From Lama glama (Eukaryota), in NCBI GenBank assembly GCA_028534125.1, contig CM052818.1, forward strand, positions 33,668,001-33,732,000: a stretch of 64,000 nucleotides of DNA. Direction: 5' to 3'. Shown here one piece after another: positions 36,230 through 49,968 of the stretch; position 1 is the stretch's first letter; each line of letters opens with the position of its first letter. The notes beneath the pieces are model-generated. The model saw only the letters and a list, made by a program, of their open reading frames with translations. It was not told where the DNA came from and ran no database searches. A program made the translations under genes and the position numbers.

Positions 36230-37172
36230 GTTAGCGGAAGACTCCAGCAATCCCCTTCAACCGGATGTTAGTTTCGTATATAATTTTCTCAACCAAGAGA
36301 AGCTAACGAAGGCAGAAAAGAGGTTTAAAGGAAAGGCAATGGTGGAAATGATGAAGCTGGACAAGCAAATCAAAGAATTTCAAGTCCGGCTAGAACCCCT
36401 AGTGGAGCAAACCAGGCAGTTACTCACCGAAAAGGCACATGTTCAGGAGGAAAACCAGTTCTTTCTGGAATACATGACCAAGCACACTGAGGAGGCTAAA
36501 CAGCGAGCCGAGAAGCTGTGGAACGACTGTTTACAACAAAGTAGGGAGATTGAACAAACGAGACAAAATTTAGCCTTCAAATATGCGGGAAAAAATTCAG
36601 CGCTTAAAACAGAGTTCCAACAGAAGGCAGATATCCTCTCCAGTCTGAATCAGCAATTGCACCGAATGAGGGACGCTTGCATAATAAAGGAGAAACAGGA
36701 GAAAGAAATTCAGACATTACAGGAGGAGATAAAGAAAACCCCAGCTGAGACAGCTGCAAAGAAGGAGGCCATGCTGGTCCAGTTCCTCCAGGAAAAAGCA
36801 TCACTGGCGGCACAACTGAGTGAGCTAGACGCCAGGCGAGTGGGAAAGAGACCAACAAATGGGATTCAGGCCTTGGAGAAGGCAGCAAAGCAGTACACTT
36901 TGGACTTCCACAGTAGTGTCAACAGACAGAACCAGCGGTTACAGAAGGAAATTCCACAGCTAATTCAGAAATACCGGAAGTTGGAGGCTACTCAGAGCCA
37001 TATAAAAAAGAAAAAGCAGCAGCTGCAGCAGGAGCAGTGGTACCTGGAGTGCTTAAGCCGCGGGAGGCAACGGCTGCAAGAAAAGCGTAATCTGTGCCCA
37101 AATGGACAGGGTACTCCAAAGACCACACTGAACCCTGCCCTAGGCACCAAATCAAGGATGCTTCCAGAGTAA
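36230..37172 (+). CDS. CCDC121: Coiled-coil domain-containing protein 121, exon 2 (short isoform from ATG 36339, 277 aa)
   Basis: E/Q/K-rich heptad ORF with ENQFFLEY, KEKQEKEIQTLQEE and QQLQQEQWYLE motifs recalled from CCDC121; syntenic position; AATAAA at ~37396. Confidence 0.88.
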
Positions 37173-39089
37173 TTCCTAAAATAACTCTGACTAGGTCCCG
37201 ACTGGAGCAAGGGTTCTTAGGTGCTACCTAACATAAACCTGGTTAGGAAGGCTTTGGGATCTCCGGTTGCTATGGTAAAATAACCATCATAATGTGTTAG
37301 TGTGAAGGATTCGGTGTGTTTATCCAGCAGTACTGCTAGATTATTTGTGGGACTGCCTTCCCTTAAAGTTAGGTTTTTCTTTAATTAGCTCTTGTTAATA
37401 AACGGGATGTTTCTCATACCTCCAGATAACCCAATACCATTTGCCAAAAATCTGCTGGTGAAACTAGTTCAAGAAAACCACCTTGAGGAAAACACTTGTG
37501 TGGTGTTTCACCTAGCTAATTTAGGCTTCTTTATAGAAAAAATCGCCCCCGAAGCATACCATTTCAGATTGATGTATATGTGTGCTCTTTGTTCCATAAA
37601 CAACCAATGTCAGTGTATCCTCTTCTTTTGGCCACATTAGCATACAAAGACAAAGTGATTTTACTCTCTTTGTAAAGTCTGTGACAGTGACCGGAAAGCT
37701 CCTTCAGTAGTTCTCTCAAGATTGAAAAATACTCTAATTGCAAGTATAATAAGCCCTAGGCAGAATGACCTTCTGTCTGACACTCAGTCCATAAAATTGT
37801 GAGAAGGGATGAGAATTAGAAGGGATGTACACAAGGTCAGCTCTGACTTTTGAAAATAATCTTTGTGGAGAAATACCTCTAGCCTGAATGAGGTACTGAA
37901 TGACTCTACCTGTTTCAGGAAAAAGTATCAAAAGGGTTTTCAAATATTTGGAGAACGTTTTAAAGAGTCTTTTGCCATTTCTTTCCCTAACAACATCCTA
38001 AATTCCAAGATGACAAGTAAAATGACTGAAGGTTCTGCAGAGTGAGTACTTTAGTTTTAAGTCACTTACTACATTTTCTTACTACATATGCACTTACTTG
38101 TCCTTGAAATGCCTTTGTTATTCACGTCTATCCTATGTTTATGCCCCTTAAGTAGAACTAGGAATAGTATTTTAAATTAGTATAGACTTTTAAGGTAGTT
38201 ATAGTCTTTGGCACTTACGACATACTGATAGGTAGACCAGGGATTTATGTGGACCCTGAAATATAACTCCGTATTTTTACATTGTCCCCAATGGGAACAC
38301 AGAATCAACTTTGTTTTCAAGAGACTGTCAGTGATGAAATACTTCACAATAATTTTCCTGGATTTTCAGTTTTATATGTAAAGTGAATTCCTCTAAAATT
38401 GGATTCAGAAAAAGAATCTCCCTCAATGTGCCTTTAACTCCTAGCATTGAATTTCTGTTAAATGTGCTATTTCTTGGTTCTTAGGCAAAATTTTTGTTAT
38501 TTGAAAATAAAAACCTCGGCTTATTATTTACCCAATGATCACTATTGTTTCGATGCTCTTATACTTTCTCTCTCTTCTCTTTACCAACTCTGCATGTCTT
38601 CTTCATACTAGTGTGTACATAATAAGATTGCAGAACATTAGGTGGCACACAGGTACATTAACCTGAATAGTTCAATTCAGTGGAGCTAAAAACACAGAAA
38701 GCCTGAACTTCAAAACCGTGGTATCCAAGACACATTGAAGCCCTTACTCTCTGGGGATGCAAAAAAACCCACAAAAAACAAACAAAAACCCAACCATAGG
38801 AAAATAACTAAAGATAAGGGGTTTGAAAATAGGAAGGATAAAGAATTTTATTTTGCTATTAATTCCCCATCCTGCCAGTGTTATCCTGATGATCTAATTC
38901 AGTTTCTTTTGAATTCCTCTCATCCCAGATAAATTTGATCTGGTATACTATGTCTGACTCTTGCTTTGAGTATCATTCTGAGGGTTGAAGACTAAAGGGT
39001 GAGTCGTCTGACAAAGGTCCTTGGAAATCCGTATCTGCAAGCCACCAGTAAGTTGGCAAACTAGGATCTCAGTCTACTTTTTGCTATGC

Positions 39090-39660
39090 AGGAAAGGAAA
39101 GAGGGTGATGTTATAGAAAGTGCATTTGGATGGAAAAAATCTCCGAGCTGAAATTTAGGTTTAAGACTTGAATGATAAAATGAAGCCTGCAGTGCAAGAA
39201 CTGGGGAAGAATCATTCCAGGCAGAGGGAACAGTGAATGCAAAAGCCCTAAGATGGGAAGGAGCTTGGAAGGATCAAGGAACGGAAGAGTCAGTGTGGCT
39301 AAGTGTAGTTGGGGAATGGCCAGAGAACAAAGGTGGAGGTGAGGCAGAAGAGGCTAAAAGGTTAATGGTGGGATCACAGAGGGCCTTAAAGGATAAGATA
39401 AAGGAAATGACTTTTATTCTTGGTGCACTGAGAAATCACTAGGCTTTGAGCAGGTGAATGAAGTCTGATTTACAATATAAAAAATTCACACAGCTGTATG
39501 AGGAGTGTACCAAGCCAGAGAAAAGCAGAAGAAGGAATCCACTGAGGAAGCTATGGCGTTGAGACCAGAGGTGGTGGTGATGGTTTGGACGGGGATGGCA
39601 GACATGGATGTGAAGAGAAAATATAGAGGAGAGCCAACTGTGATGGTGGGGGTGGAAATG
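39090..39660 (-). mobile_element. L2 LINE relic
   Basis: CATTCCAGGCAGAGGGAACAG...GCAAAAGCCCTAAG purine-rich L2 text. Confidence 0.65.
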
Positions 39661-40912
39661 AAAGGGGAAAATGAAGCAGAAGTAAAATTCCTAAAGTGTT
39701 CCCTTTGATGAAGGAAATGAGCACAATGTATCTTTTCTTGTTTGTATGAACTGGTTTTTTAAATGAAGCATTTCAGACATACCAAAAAATACAGAAAACT
39801 ATAACAAAATCACTATCTATCTGAAGATACAAGAACTTACCATTTGTAGTCCCTCTGAAACCCATAAGCACTATTTAAATTTGGTGTGTATCACACCTGT
39901 GCATGTTTTCATGATATTTTTCTATATTTTATTAAAATATAAATATTTTAATAACTTGCTTTTCCCGGACATTATTTTTGAGATGTATCCATGATACAAG
40001 ACCTGGTTTATTTGATAGCTGTGATAGATGACTATCACAACTTACCCAGTCTCCTGATGATGGACAAACGTAGGGGATAAGGCTCACAGAGACCCAAGAA
40101 TGTATCATGTTTCAAAGAACAGACATTTTTTGCTCATATAATAGTCTAAGATAGATAAATCTTCCTCATTGTCAAATAGTACTTCTTGGGGTGATTCACG
40201 GAATCAACACCTTCCATGTTACGCTCTACCATGCCCTAGAGCTGCCATATCATCTGCCTCTAGATGATAAGCCAGAAGAGGAGGAAATAAAGCATTGAGG
40301 TACACTCACTCTGTTAAAAGTTCTGGCATATTATTGATACACATCTCTTCTATTCACATCCCACCAGAAAGAAGTTAGTTGGTTACCCCAGCACTATAGG
40401 GGATTGGGGTGGAGGGCTGGAAGTGCAGTCAACCATTTCTTCTGTAATACTATAACTCTGCAAGGTGAAGCAGATTTTGGTAGGCAGTCAGTAGTCTCTG
40501 GTGTAGGATGTTTCCAGTGTGTACTGGAAATTGGACTGCAGTATCATTCTTGAAGATCTCTACTGGCACACCTGGACAGGAGGAGTTTCTCTGTATAGAC
40601 TCAGGCATGAAATTGCTGAGTCTCAGGGCATATTTTACTAGATCCCACCAATTCTTTTGAAATTGATTGTACTAATGTCCATTCCAAACCATGCAAGGAG
40701 TTCACATTGCTCCAAAGTCTAGCTACACTTGATACAGTCCAACTTCAGTGAATATTATTCTAATGAATGTGGTTAAAAAACTTAAAAATTCAATAGTATG
40801 ATTAACATCCTCTCTAGTGAGTCCTGCTGACCCCTGGCTCAGGTAGTTAAATAAAAGGATTGCCTACCAGGGTCCTGGATGAAATTGGGCATGTTTAATT
40901 TCAAACCAATTA

Positions 40913-41215
40913 CAGGCACATGTCTGAGTTATTGAGGGTTTGGGTCTAGACCACCTCAATAAAGGGAATTTCACAATGAACCAAGTCACATGAATTTTCT
41001 GGTTTCCTAGTGCATGTAAAAGGTATGTTTACCCTGTAGTCTAAAGTGTGTAATACCATTATGTCTAAAACAACAATATACATGCCTTGGGAGGGGAGGG
41101 TATAGCTTTAGTGCTAGAGCACATGCCTAGCATGCCTGAGGTTCTGCGTTCAATCCCCAGTACCTCCCCCCTGCAAAACAAACAAACAAAAACCAATATA
41201 TATGCCTTAATTAAA
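40913..41215 (-). mobile_element. Tigger1 terminal fragment
   Basis: TA-CAGGCA...GACCACCTCAATAAAG...TTTCCTAGTGCATGTAAAAG resembles the recalled Tigger1 end. Confidence 0.65.
41089..41194 (+). mobile_element. tRNA-derived SINE inserted into a Tigger1 fragment
   Basis: GGGGAGGGTATAGCT...GTTCAATCCCCAG; TSD AATATA(C/T)ATGCCTT. Confidence 0.8.
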
Positions 41216-41435
41216 ACTGATACCTATAAAGGGAAGAGCAATAAAGCAAGGTATGCATGTATTAATTTGAACCAGATTTCAACAGCTGAAGAATTACTGA
41301 GACAACTACACTACTTCTTCCAAATTCATTCTCATCTCTTGTCATCTTCCTCCCCCCATACACTGTGTCAGCAAGAAGTCAGGCAGCACGTTGCAGTCAG
41401 TGAACAACTGGAAACATCATTCTAACACAGAGTCA

Positions 41436-41441
41436 TTTATT
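41436..41441 (-). terminator. ZNF512: Candidate ZNF512 polyadenylation signal (AATAAA)
   Basis: TTTATT on the plus strand ~1.7 kb downstream of the ZNF512 stop, just before repeat-rich intergenic DNA. Confidence 0.55.
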
Positions 41442-43129
41442 TTTCTTGTCACTGCCAAACATTCCCCAAGTCTTACTCACCAGAAATTAACAGAGCTTCT
41501 CCATTTTCCTCCCTGACAATCCTCATGTATGGAAAGGGCTTTAAGGGAGCAACTGCCAAAGACAATGTTGAGTGGATAGACCATGTCCTTCCCTTGTTTC
41601 AAAACAAACTGTTCTGGCAGTATCCCAATCAGGTTTCAATGCTCCCGTGTATGAAAGTGGTCTTCAAAAAGCCCACATTTTAAGGCTATATGGAGGAGCA
41701 CAGAAAACAGAGTTAAAAGTAGTAACAGCTGTTCAGAATTTGAAAAGGTACTACTGGTCCATATTAGTGTTAAGGGTCTCTGGCTTTTTATGTGGCATAT
41801 GCCACAAAAAATTGGCAAGAATATAGGAGACCAATATTTATGGAAAAAGGAAAGAGAATCCAGGAACACAACAACAGAGCTGCTCTAACCAATGTTCCAG
41901 GAAAAGCCAGCCTCAAAGAGAAATTGCCAGATAGACCTTATCAGGTAGGCAGGAGGTTCAGAAAAAGAACTTTTCTTTCCAACTCCAGATTAATATCTAC
42001 ACCTGGTGTCAAAGTCTCAGGATATAAAGAGGACAAGAACACAACATTTTAAAAAGAGAGTCAAGGACGATATTATACGATATTCTCAGAAAATTCATAG
42101 AGACAGACTTTGGCTAAAGGGAGAAATGAGTACTTAACAGAGTGCAGACTAACAAGTCATGTCAAGTCCAGGGAAGAAGGAATGTGCACCTTGGCTACTG
42201 ACCTTTGTGGCAGTACCAGCAATATTAGGGGTCTGTGTCAAAACATCAGGGGCAACACAGTATTTCTCAATCCTTAAAACAGAGAGCAAGACAAGCTGCA
42301 GGAGGGCACCGTTCATAGCAACAGGTAAGGCCTCACAGCTAGGAAATCTGAGGCAATATTTATTTCTGCTGCTACTATATTCTTTCCTGTCATTTTATGT
42401 GTGGGACACCTTCCTCCTAAAGCTGCATTTCATGCCTGTAGGTCTAGTTATTCACTGCCATCTGGGACAAGTAAAGCATTTCCCAAGGAAAAGCTGTGTC
42501 CGGAGGGTCTAGCCTTTTTATTCTAAGTCTGTTTTCTCACTTTCAATCCTGAAACCATATTGAGACGACAAACTGCCTCCATAAATTTTGTCACCCAAAC
42601 AGACAGGGGAACCTTATTATAGGAGTGACAACAGTTCTAGTTCTAGGCTTGTTACATCACAAATACAAAATGATAAGTCAGTATGGTTTTTAAAAGTTAG
42701 TTTGGAATTGTTTTATAAACTAGATGGTGGAGTGACTATGAAGTCAATGGAACTTCCAAGAACTTTCTACATCCAGTATGGAAAGGACAACCAAACAGAT
42801 TTCTTAGTCTTATACGGGGCAAGAGGGGCCTATAATGGGCCTTATGAGGGAGCTCTTTGGGCAAGATAAGAGAAAAACAAGAGGACTCCAATCAGGAATA
42901 GCAGGAAAACCTACCAGAAAGGATGGGGTCGTAGAGGGTCCAAGGGAATCAGTAGGGAAAACAGTGAAATTTACACAGGAGGAAAGAGCTGAGAAGGTTA
43001 CAGTCTTACACAAACAGCTAAAAGAGTAAATTTCTCTTGACTCAGCCCCATGACTCAGGCCTCCCAGCACAGGTCTCTGAGACCACAGAATCCCATCCAC
43101 TCTCCCAGGAGTGCTTTCACACTGACTGC

Positions 43130-43435
43130 CTACTTCTTTCCTCGTTTATGATTCGTCTTTGGGGGCTTGACTTTCTGGTACTGTGCTGGCACTGGCTCCT
43201 GCTCTGGTTCTTTACAGGTCGCCACTAGCAGTTCCTCATGACTCCTCCTCTGATCCTTCCCTACTCTAAGACTCAGCTCTGTCTCAGGAAGCTCAATGCC
43301 AGGCTGCTGCCGCCTTCTTAGAGACCTTCGGCTCCTGTGCTGCTGCCTCCGTTTTTCTTCTTCTTGCTGCCGCTGCTTTATCTTCATCAGCTTCTCAAAG
43401 CTCTTGGTCGTTGTTGGATTGACAACAAACCAATC
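43130..43435 (-). CDS. ZNF512: Zinc finger protein 512, last coding exon
   Basis: [31 protein letters not shown]...[11 protein letters not shown]; tag| acceptor. Confidence 0.95.
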   Translation of the reverse strand, partial: DWFVVNPTTTKSFEKLMKIKQRQQEEEKRRQQHRSRRSLRRRQQPGIELPETELSLRVGKDQRRSHEELLVATCKEPEQEPVPAQYQKVKPPKTNHKRGKK

Positions 43436-44134
43436 CTACAGAGGCAAAACAGAAACATTATCCAGTCAAAATATAGTGTAGAGCATCTGGAAGCGGTGTA
43501 GGAAGATTTTTTTTTAAAGGCATGATTAAGGCAGAACACAGGAAGGAAGAAAGATATGAAACCAGAGCCTGGAGAAATTCAGTACAGAGGAGTCATTAAA
43601 AGCATTTCTTGTATGAGACATAATTTGGGGAACTTTAGTAAGAGATCTACAAAGTCTGACTACTTAGCATCATCCCAACCATTCCTCCCCTTTTAAAAAT
43701 TTCCTCATATGTAAAGCATTGGGCCCGAGGTAACTTTTATTGCTTGATAGTGTAGTGATTAAGAGCATGAATTTTGCTGCTAGACCACCTGGGTGCAAAT
43801 CTCAGCTCTGTTTCTAGCCATGAACCATCAGAAAATTACTTAACCTAAATCTCAGTTCAAAAAATAAAGGGTTGGAGGACACAGAATCCAATGAAGAAGT
43901 ATTCTTGCAAAAGAAAAACAAATCAAAACACACACACACAAATAACAATGTCAATCTAAACAAGAGGTCTGATCAGTCTTCTAGTTTTAACTACCAATTT
44001 ATAGGAAATAGCCGGGATAGAGGACTACTGCCCACAGGAATGCAATCAGCCAAATCCAAGAAATGGGTAAACATAGGTGACAAATGTCCTGGTTTCTTAA
44101 ATAACAGGAGAAAAAAATGAAGGAAACTTCTACA

Positions 44135-44450
44135 TGTGCATTGCCCAGTGAGATAGTCATTAGCCTTGTGTGGCTAATAAGCTCTTGAAAAGTTCCTAAT
44201 CCAAACTGAGATATGCTTTCCATGTAAAATACACACTCAATTTCAAAGGCTTAACATGAAAAAAATATAAAGTATCTCAATAATTCTGTATTGACTACAT
44301 GTTTAAAAAAGATAGTATTTAAGACATATGGGTTAAGTAAAATACAGTATTAATTTCCCCAGTTTTCTTTATGCTTTTTAAAAATGTGGTTAGTAGAAAA
44401 TTTTGAATTACATACGTGGCTCACATTACATCTCTACTAGATAATGCTAT
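44135..44450. mobile_element. hAT-Charlie MITE (MER3/MER33-like)
   Basis: TAGCCTTGTGTGGCTA ... ATTACATACGTGGCTCACATT motifs. Confidence 0.6.
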
Positions 44451-45079
44451 TCTAATTAAAATAGACAAATGCAGTATATGGACCTTTGCTTCAGATCTCG
44501 ATTGGAATAAACCAAATCTGAAAAAAAAATGAGATAAATCAGGGATATGTAAATAATGAGTGGATATATGATGGATTAAGGAACCACTGTTAATTTTTTC
44601 AGTGTGATATTTATTGCAGTTAAGTATTTTTAAAAGTCCTATATTTTTAGACACACAGGTTGAAAGAAGTACTGAGAGCTGACACAGGATATGGCATTTG
44701 CTTTAAAATAAGCTTTTAAGGGACAAGAAAAGTGGGTAGGGTTATAAATAAAACAAGATGGGCCACGCACTGAGGACTGTGAAAGCTGTTCATTACACTA
44801 TTCTGTTTAGTTTCATGTGTTTCAACATTTCTGTTTAAAAAATGCAGTGTAAGAAAATGAGGCAGAAAGGGAGGAACAGGTAAAGATGTTTACACCACCA
44901 CATAGAGTCCATAAATACAGGCATAAATTACTAAACAAATGCTTGGGGAGCAAGTCCCAAACTAAGTAAAATTTGCTGGAGACTGAAACTGGAGAAACAG
45001 ATGAACATACAAAGGCCAGATTTTGTCAGGAGATAATTATCTTTCAAATACTTTCTGGAGCATAAAAAAGTACACCTTT

Positions 45080-45197
45080 ATGGCGGGGGGGAGGTAATTA
45101 GGTTTATTTATTTTTCAGTGGAGGTACTGGGGATTGAACCCTGGACCTCACGCATGCTAAGCATATACTCTACCACTGAGCTACTCCCTACGCCCCT
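45080..45197 (-). mobile_element. tRNA-derived SINE, same family
   Basis: Reverse A/B boxes; degenerate TSD AAAA(A/G)GTACAC. Confidence 0.8.
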
Positions 45198-46250
45198 TAA
45201 AAAGGTACACTTTTATCGTAAAAAAAATAAGACTGCCTACTTGAAGAAATCTCAGATATGGAAAGGGATTACTAAAGCTTCAACCAGTGAAGCAACAGGA
45301 ACAACACTGGATGACACTAACAAAAGCCCACATTGCTAAGAACTATTATATCTGAGGGCAGAGAACAGTGCTATTTTCCCTCACAAGGCAATAAGACTTT
45401 CTGCAGTAAGATATTCAACAGAATGCACCCTCTATTCCTTAAGCTTCCACAGTAAGGGTATTTCACTATATAGTAAACAATTTCTCTGTTCACCTGAAAT
45501 CCTAAAAACTTTCCCCAAGAGAAAACTCTTGACCTTCTGAACTTAACAGCATTTTCAACAGAATTTCTGATTTTCTAATTTTTAAAATTTGCAACTTTCA
45601 AGAAAAGTTACAATAGTTCAATGAACACCTAGATTGACCATTGTTAATTTCTCTCTTCCCTCCCTTCCTTCCTCTCTACCATTTCTAAGTTAGTTGCAGA
45701 CATGATACTTCATCCCTAACTACATCATCATGTATCTGCCTAAGAACAAGGGCATTCCCCTGCATAACTACAATTATCACATTTGGGAATATTAACATTG
45801 ATGTATTACTATAACTTAGTAGTACAGTTAGTATTCAAACTGCCTTAATTTTTTCAAGAACATTGTTTACATTCTTTCTATGCGGTATTTCAATAATATT
45901 AAAAACAGATTGCTCAAAGACGTGGGAATACTAGAAAGCAGTAGTAAACATTATATAAACATTCCAAAGGTGTCAATGCAGTCTAGTTGCCACACGCATC
46001 ATTTAATTGGATTTAAGACAATCAGAAGAGTCAGCGATTCTCACACTCACAGTGATTTCAAATGCTTTCACAGAAAAATACAATTAAATGTCAAATTTTA
46101 GGTAGTATTTTAACCCCAATGTCTCCAGTAGACACCCTGGTTTCCTTGACAGTCCTAGCCCACAAAAACAGGCACAAATCCACTTCTCTTATGGCATATT
46201 CACGGGGTCCACATATTTACAAAAACACTGGGGGAAAACAGAAACCTCAC

Positions 46251-46349
46251 CTCAGCATGGACAGAGTTGATGTGATACTTGACACCACTCTCTGACACAA
46301 ATTCTTTTTGACACAGAAGACATTTGTATTTTCCAGCCACAAAGGTTCC
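46251..46349 (-). CDS. ZNF512: ZNF512 coding exon (C2H2 finger)
   Basis: [33 protein letters not shown]; tag| ... |gtgag. Confidence 0.94.
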
Positions 46350-47510
46350 CTATTTTTAAGAGAGAAGGAAAGAGAATGGTTAGTAAATTCAGCAACACAA
46401 ACCCGGGCCATGGGTAGGGGCTGTTAGAGATGAAAAGAGAGGATACTACTTTAGCAAAATGAAGAAGGAATAAAATCCAAAATGACAATATATTTAGGAA
46501 AACCTGCTTGGGCGTATTATCACTATTATACATCTAATCTTAATGCAATTCTACACCAAATACTCACCACTCCCACCTAATCCCAACACACCCTGAAGTT
46601 CCTCTACTTTTATTATGTAACACATCACATTTTTCTATCTTCCCTTATGGCTTCACTTTCAGGTTCTTGGTTCCTCCCACCAAATGACCAAACTCCTGAA
46701 ATTCAATGAGACCAATGTGCAATTCTACCCACTACAATCAACCCACTGCTGCAAAGAGTGCCCTGGGAATCCAGAATTAGAAGAGTAACCTCCACAAGAC
46801 CTAGCTGAAGGACTCAGAAACTAAGACTGAAATGACAAACTCCTAAGCATTCCTGGACAGGTCTGGTTTGGATGCCTACAACTCCCTTGTTGCCATGAAC
46901 TAAGACTTCTCTCCCCTCCTGAAGCTTCTAGTTTCCATGGTGCTCATATTGTGTGGAGATACTTCTGAATGGGAATGGAAAGTGGCAGCAATCCCCACAG
47001 CTGGTGGGTTGTAGGCACCTGGGTCAACATGGAAAACATTCAGTGAGGTGAATGGCTGTCAGCCTGACACCCAGGGACACCTCCCATCCCCAGAAGCCAG
47101 TATAGTTCAGATGGATTTGAGAATCTTCACCAATCCAGATAAGCACATGTAAGGTGACTCTAAGAAGTTGAAGGCCCAATAAGACAGGGCAGGCCCAGTG
47201 TGGTAGAGGCTCAGGTGGAAGAAGTTAAATCCCTGGTAGGACTCGGAACTGTATGTTTTCATCCAAATTTTTTCATTGCTATGATTTATGGCTATGTTGG
47301 CCTGTTCTGCATCTTGAATATACCCTGGCACTCCACCCAGTAAAGGACCAAGAATTTCTGGGACAAAAACAAACAAACAAACAAAAACTAAACCAGCCTT
47401 TAAAGATAACAGCAAACAGGACAACTAGCTGTTCACCAAATCTGAATTCTCTTCCATGTCAGATTATTTTAGAGGTCACAGTAAGATAAAGAGTTCAGAA
47501 CATTACAAAC

Positions 47511-47573
47511 CAATGTACAAGAGCCCAGGTGAGCTTTAAGGCCAGATACACTACTGTAGACAGCCTCACAACC
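47511..47573 (-). CDS. ZNF512: ZNF512 coding exon
   Basis: [21 protein letters not shown]; cag| ... |gtttg. Confidence 0.92.
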
Positions 47574-47954
47574 CTGAAAAAAAGAAGAAGAAATCATGTG
47601 AAGATTATACCAAACAGCATCCTTTTCTTAGCAATCTGGCCATTTACACTAATCCACTCTACCTTTGGGAGGAAGAAGCCCAATAAACTGCACCACAAAC
47701 CACAAAGAAAAAGAATTCACATGCAAGCTGAAGAGCAAGAAGAAAACAAGGAAAAGTAAAAGAAAAGGAGGTGAATATGTTGTTTAGAAAAGCTTATAAC
47801 ATTCTCTTCCCTGGTATTTTTTCTGATACTTAGAAAAACACACAAAATTGTATGGTCAGATTTTTCCAAAAATCAGCTTAACTTTAGTGCAATTGTGTCT
47901 CTTATTTCTTGTTTATCTACTCCTCCCAAAGTAATGCACATAACAGCTATAATA

Positions 47955-48440
47955 GATTAAATACGGCTGGAAATTCTCTGCCACTCTTCCCATCAAGAAG
48001 TGGAGCCTATCTATCCTCCCTTTGAAACTGAGTTATTCCTGTGATTCCTCTGACCAACAGAAGGCTATGGCAATGATGCTGAACTAATTCTGAAGCTAGG
48101 CCTAACAGATCTGCAGCTTTCACTTGGATGTTCTTGCAATACTCTGTCTGAGAATTCAGTCACCATGTACCCTACTGGTAATCAAACTATCATGCAAGAG
48201 ACACCAGGTAGAAAGCCAATCTCCCAGCTGAAGCAGGGAAATGGCTGCTTAGAAGCCATCCGACATTCAGGCCCCATCAGAGCTTCCAACTGAATGCAAC
48301 CCATGAATGATCCCAGTTGATGCCGTGTACTGCAGGAGAACTGCCCTCTGAGCCCTGGCAAAACTGTTAACAAATGAAGTAACTGATGTTTTAAGCCTCT
48401 GAGGTTTAGGTGCTTTGTCACAAAGGAATGAATAACTAAA
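47955..48440 (+). mobile_element. MLT1-type MaLR LTR relic
   Basis: CTCTTCCCATCAAGAAGTGGAG...GTTTTAAGCCTCTGAGGTTTAGG...AATAACTAAAAC. Confidence 0.6.
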
Positions 48441-48495
48441 ACTATAGCAGATGCTTAATAAGCATTTATTGAATAAATGAATGAGAAAGAACCAC

Positions 48496-48597
48496 CTGGT
48501 TAGGACACTGAATGCGATGATACTTCTTGATATCTGACTTCCATTTGTGTAGTACTTCCTGGCTGAAGGTAGGTAACCCAGGGCGAGTATATTTTAA
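48496..48597 (-). CDS. ZNF512: ZNF512 coding exon
   Basis: [34 protein letters not shown]; tag| ... |gtggt. Confidence 0.93.
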
Positions 48598-49637
48598 CTA
48601 TAAGACAAGAAACATTTTGTTGGAGGAATTCAACTTTCAACCAAAATATTCCCAAAGTAACAGAATTACCTTCAGGTTATGTAATTGTCGAACTGCAGAA
48701 GTACATTTTCATATATAAAAAAATTATAGTATGTAAGATTCTTTAAAGTTCCTGAAATGCACAAGCATAACTTCCTATTGTTTTATCTTAAAACAATTTA
48801 AGACAAACATCTTAAACATCTTTAACAGAGGACAGGAGATTTTCAGATATAACACTTCATCTAAAGTTGAAAAAAAAACTAGTGACAGACCATTATACAG
48901 TTAAAATATTTGTCACAAGAGAGAAAGGAAAACAAAATAAAACAAAACAAAAAAAGAGAGAGGGATACAAATACGTTCTCTCTCTATATATATAACATAT
49001 ATATTCTAAGTATGCTTTATACTCAAGGTACATATATACATACAAAGTAATATATTCAATAGAAATATATGTATATGAGTCAAAGGCTATAAATCAAAGT
49101 GTTAACAGTAGTATTCTCTGGATACTAAAATTTTGAGTGATTTTAATATTTTTCCTGCTTTTCTGCATTTATCATTTTTCTTCAATGACATCATGTTAAT
49201 TCTTAATATTTTAAAAATACTACCACACAAAAAATTAAGGTTCAACCTAAAACAAGAATGTGAGAAAACTCGGGGAATAGAAACTTAATCTTTGCTTCTA
49301 CTGCAAAAATAGAATTATTCCTAGCACTTCTTTTCACACGTTTTGACACCAGTCTTTATTTTTTACAACTATAACTAGTTCCCAGAAAACAGTTATTAAC
49401 ACTTAGAGAGACACTTCTTACAAAGCCCACCATTGGTAACATAGAATTGTATTTCCAGTGAGTAAAGAACTCTTCTGCTTGAAAAATGGAAGTATCTGAA
49501 AAGAAGCAGATTCTCTGAGACAGAAAAACAGAACCAAAGCCCACTGAGGTAATGAGGGGAGTAAGAAAGGTAAACTAAAGAACCTCTGGTAAATCAGAGT
49601 ACAAAGCTGGCTTTATTTTTAAGCATTTCCTCTCTTC

Positions 49638-49930
49638 TGGTCATTTTAACAATATTAATTCTTCCAATCCATGAGCATGGTGTTATCTTTCCATTTGCTT
49701 CTGTCATCTTCAATTTCTTTCATCAATGTCTTAAGAGTTTTCTAAGTATAGGTCTTTTACCTCCTTTTCGATATTTACTCCTAGTTATTCTATTCTTTTT
49801 GATGTCATTGTAAACGGGATTTTTTTTTTGATAGTTTGTTTTTGGTATATAGAAACACAACAGATTTCTGTATATTAATTTTGTATCCTGCAACTTTACT
49901 GAATTCATTTATCAGTTCTAATTGGTTTCT

Positions 49931-49968
<38 letters not shown>

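Noticed and set aside
41572..43100. Several 60-117 aa ORFs downstream of the ZNF512 stop
   Set aside because: They lie in the probable ZNF512 3'UTR, show no homology I recognise, and have lengths expected by chance
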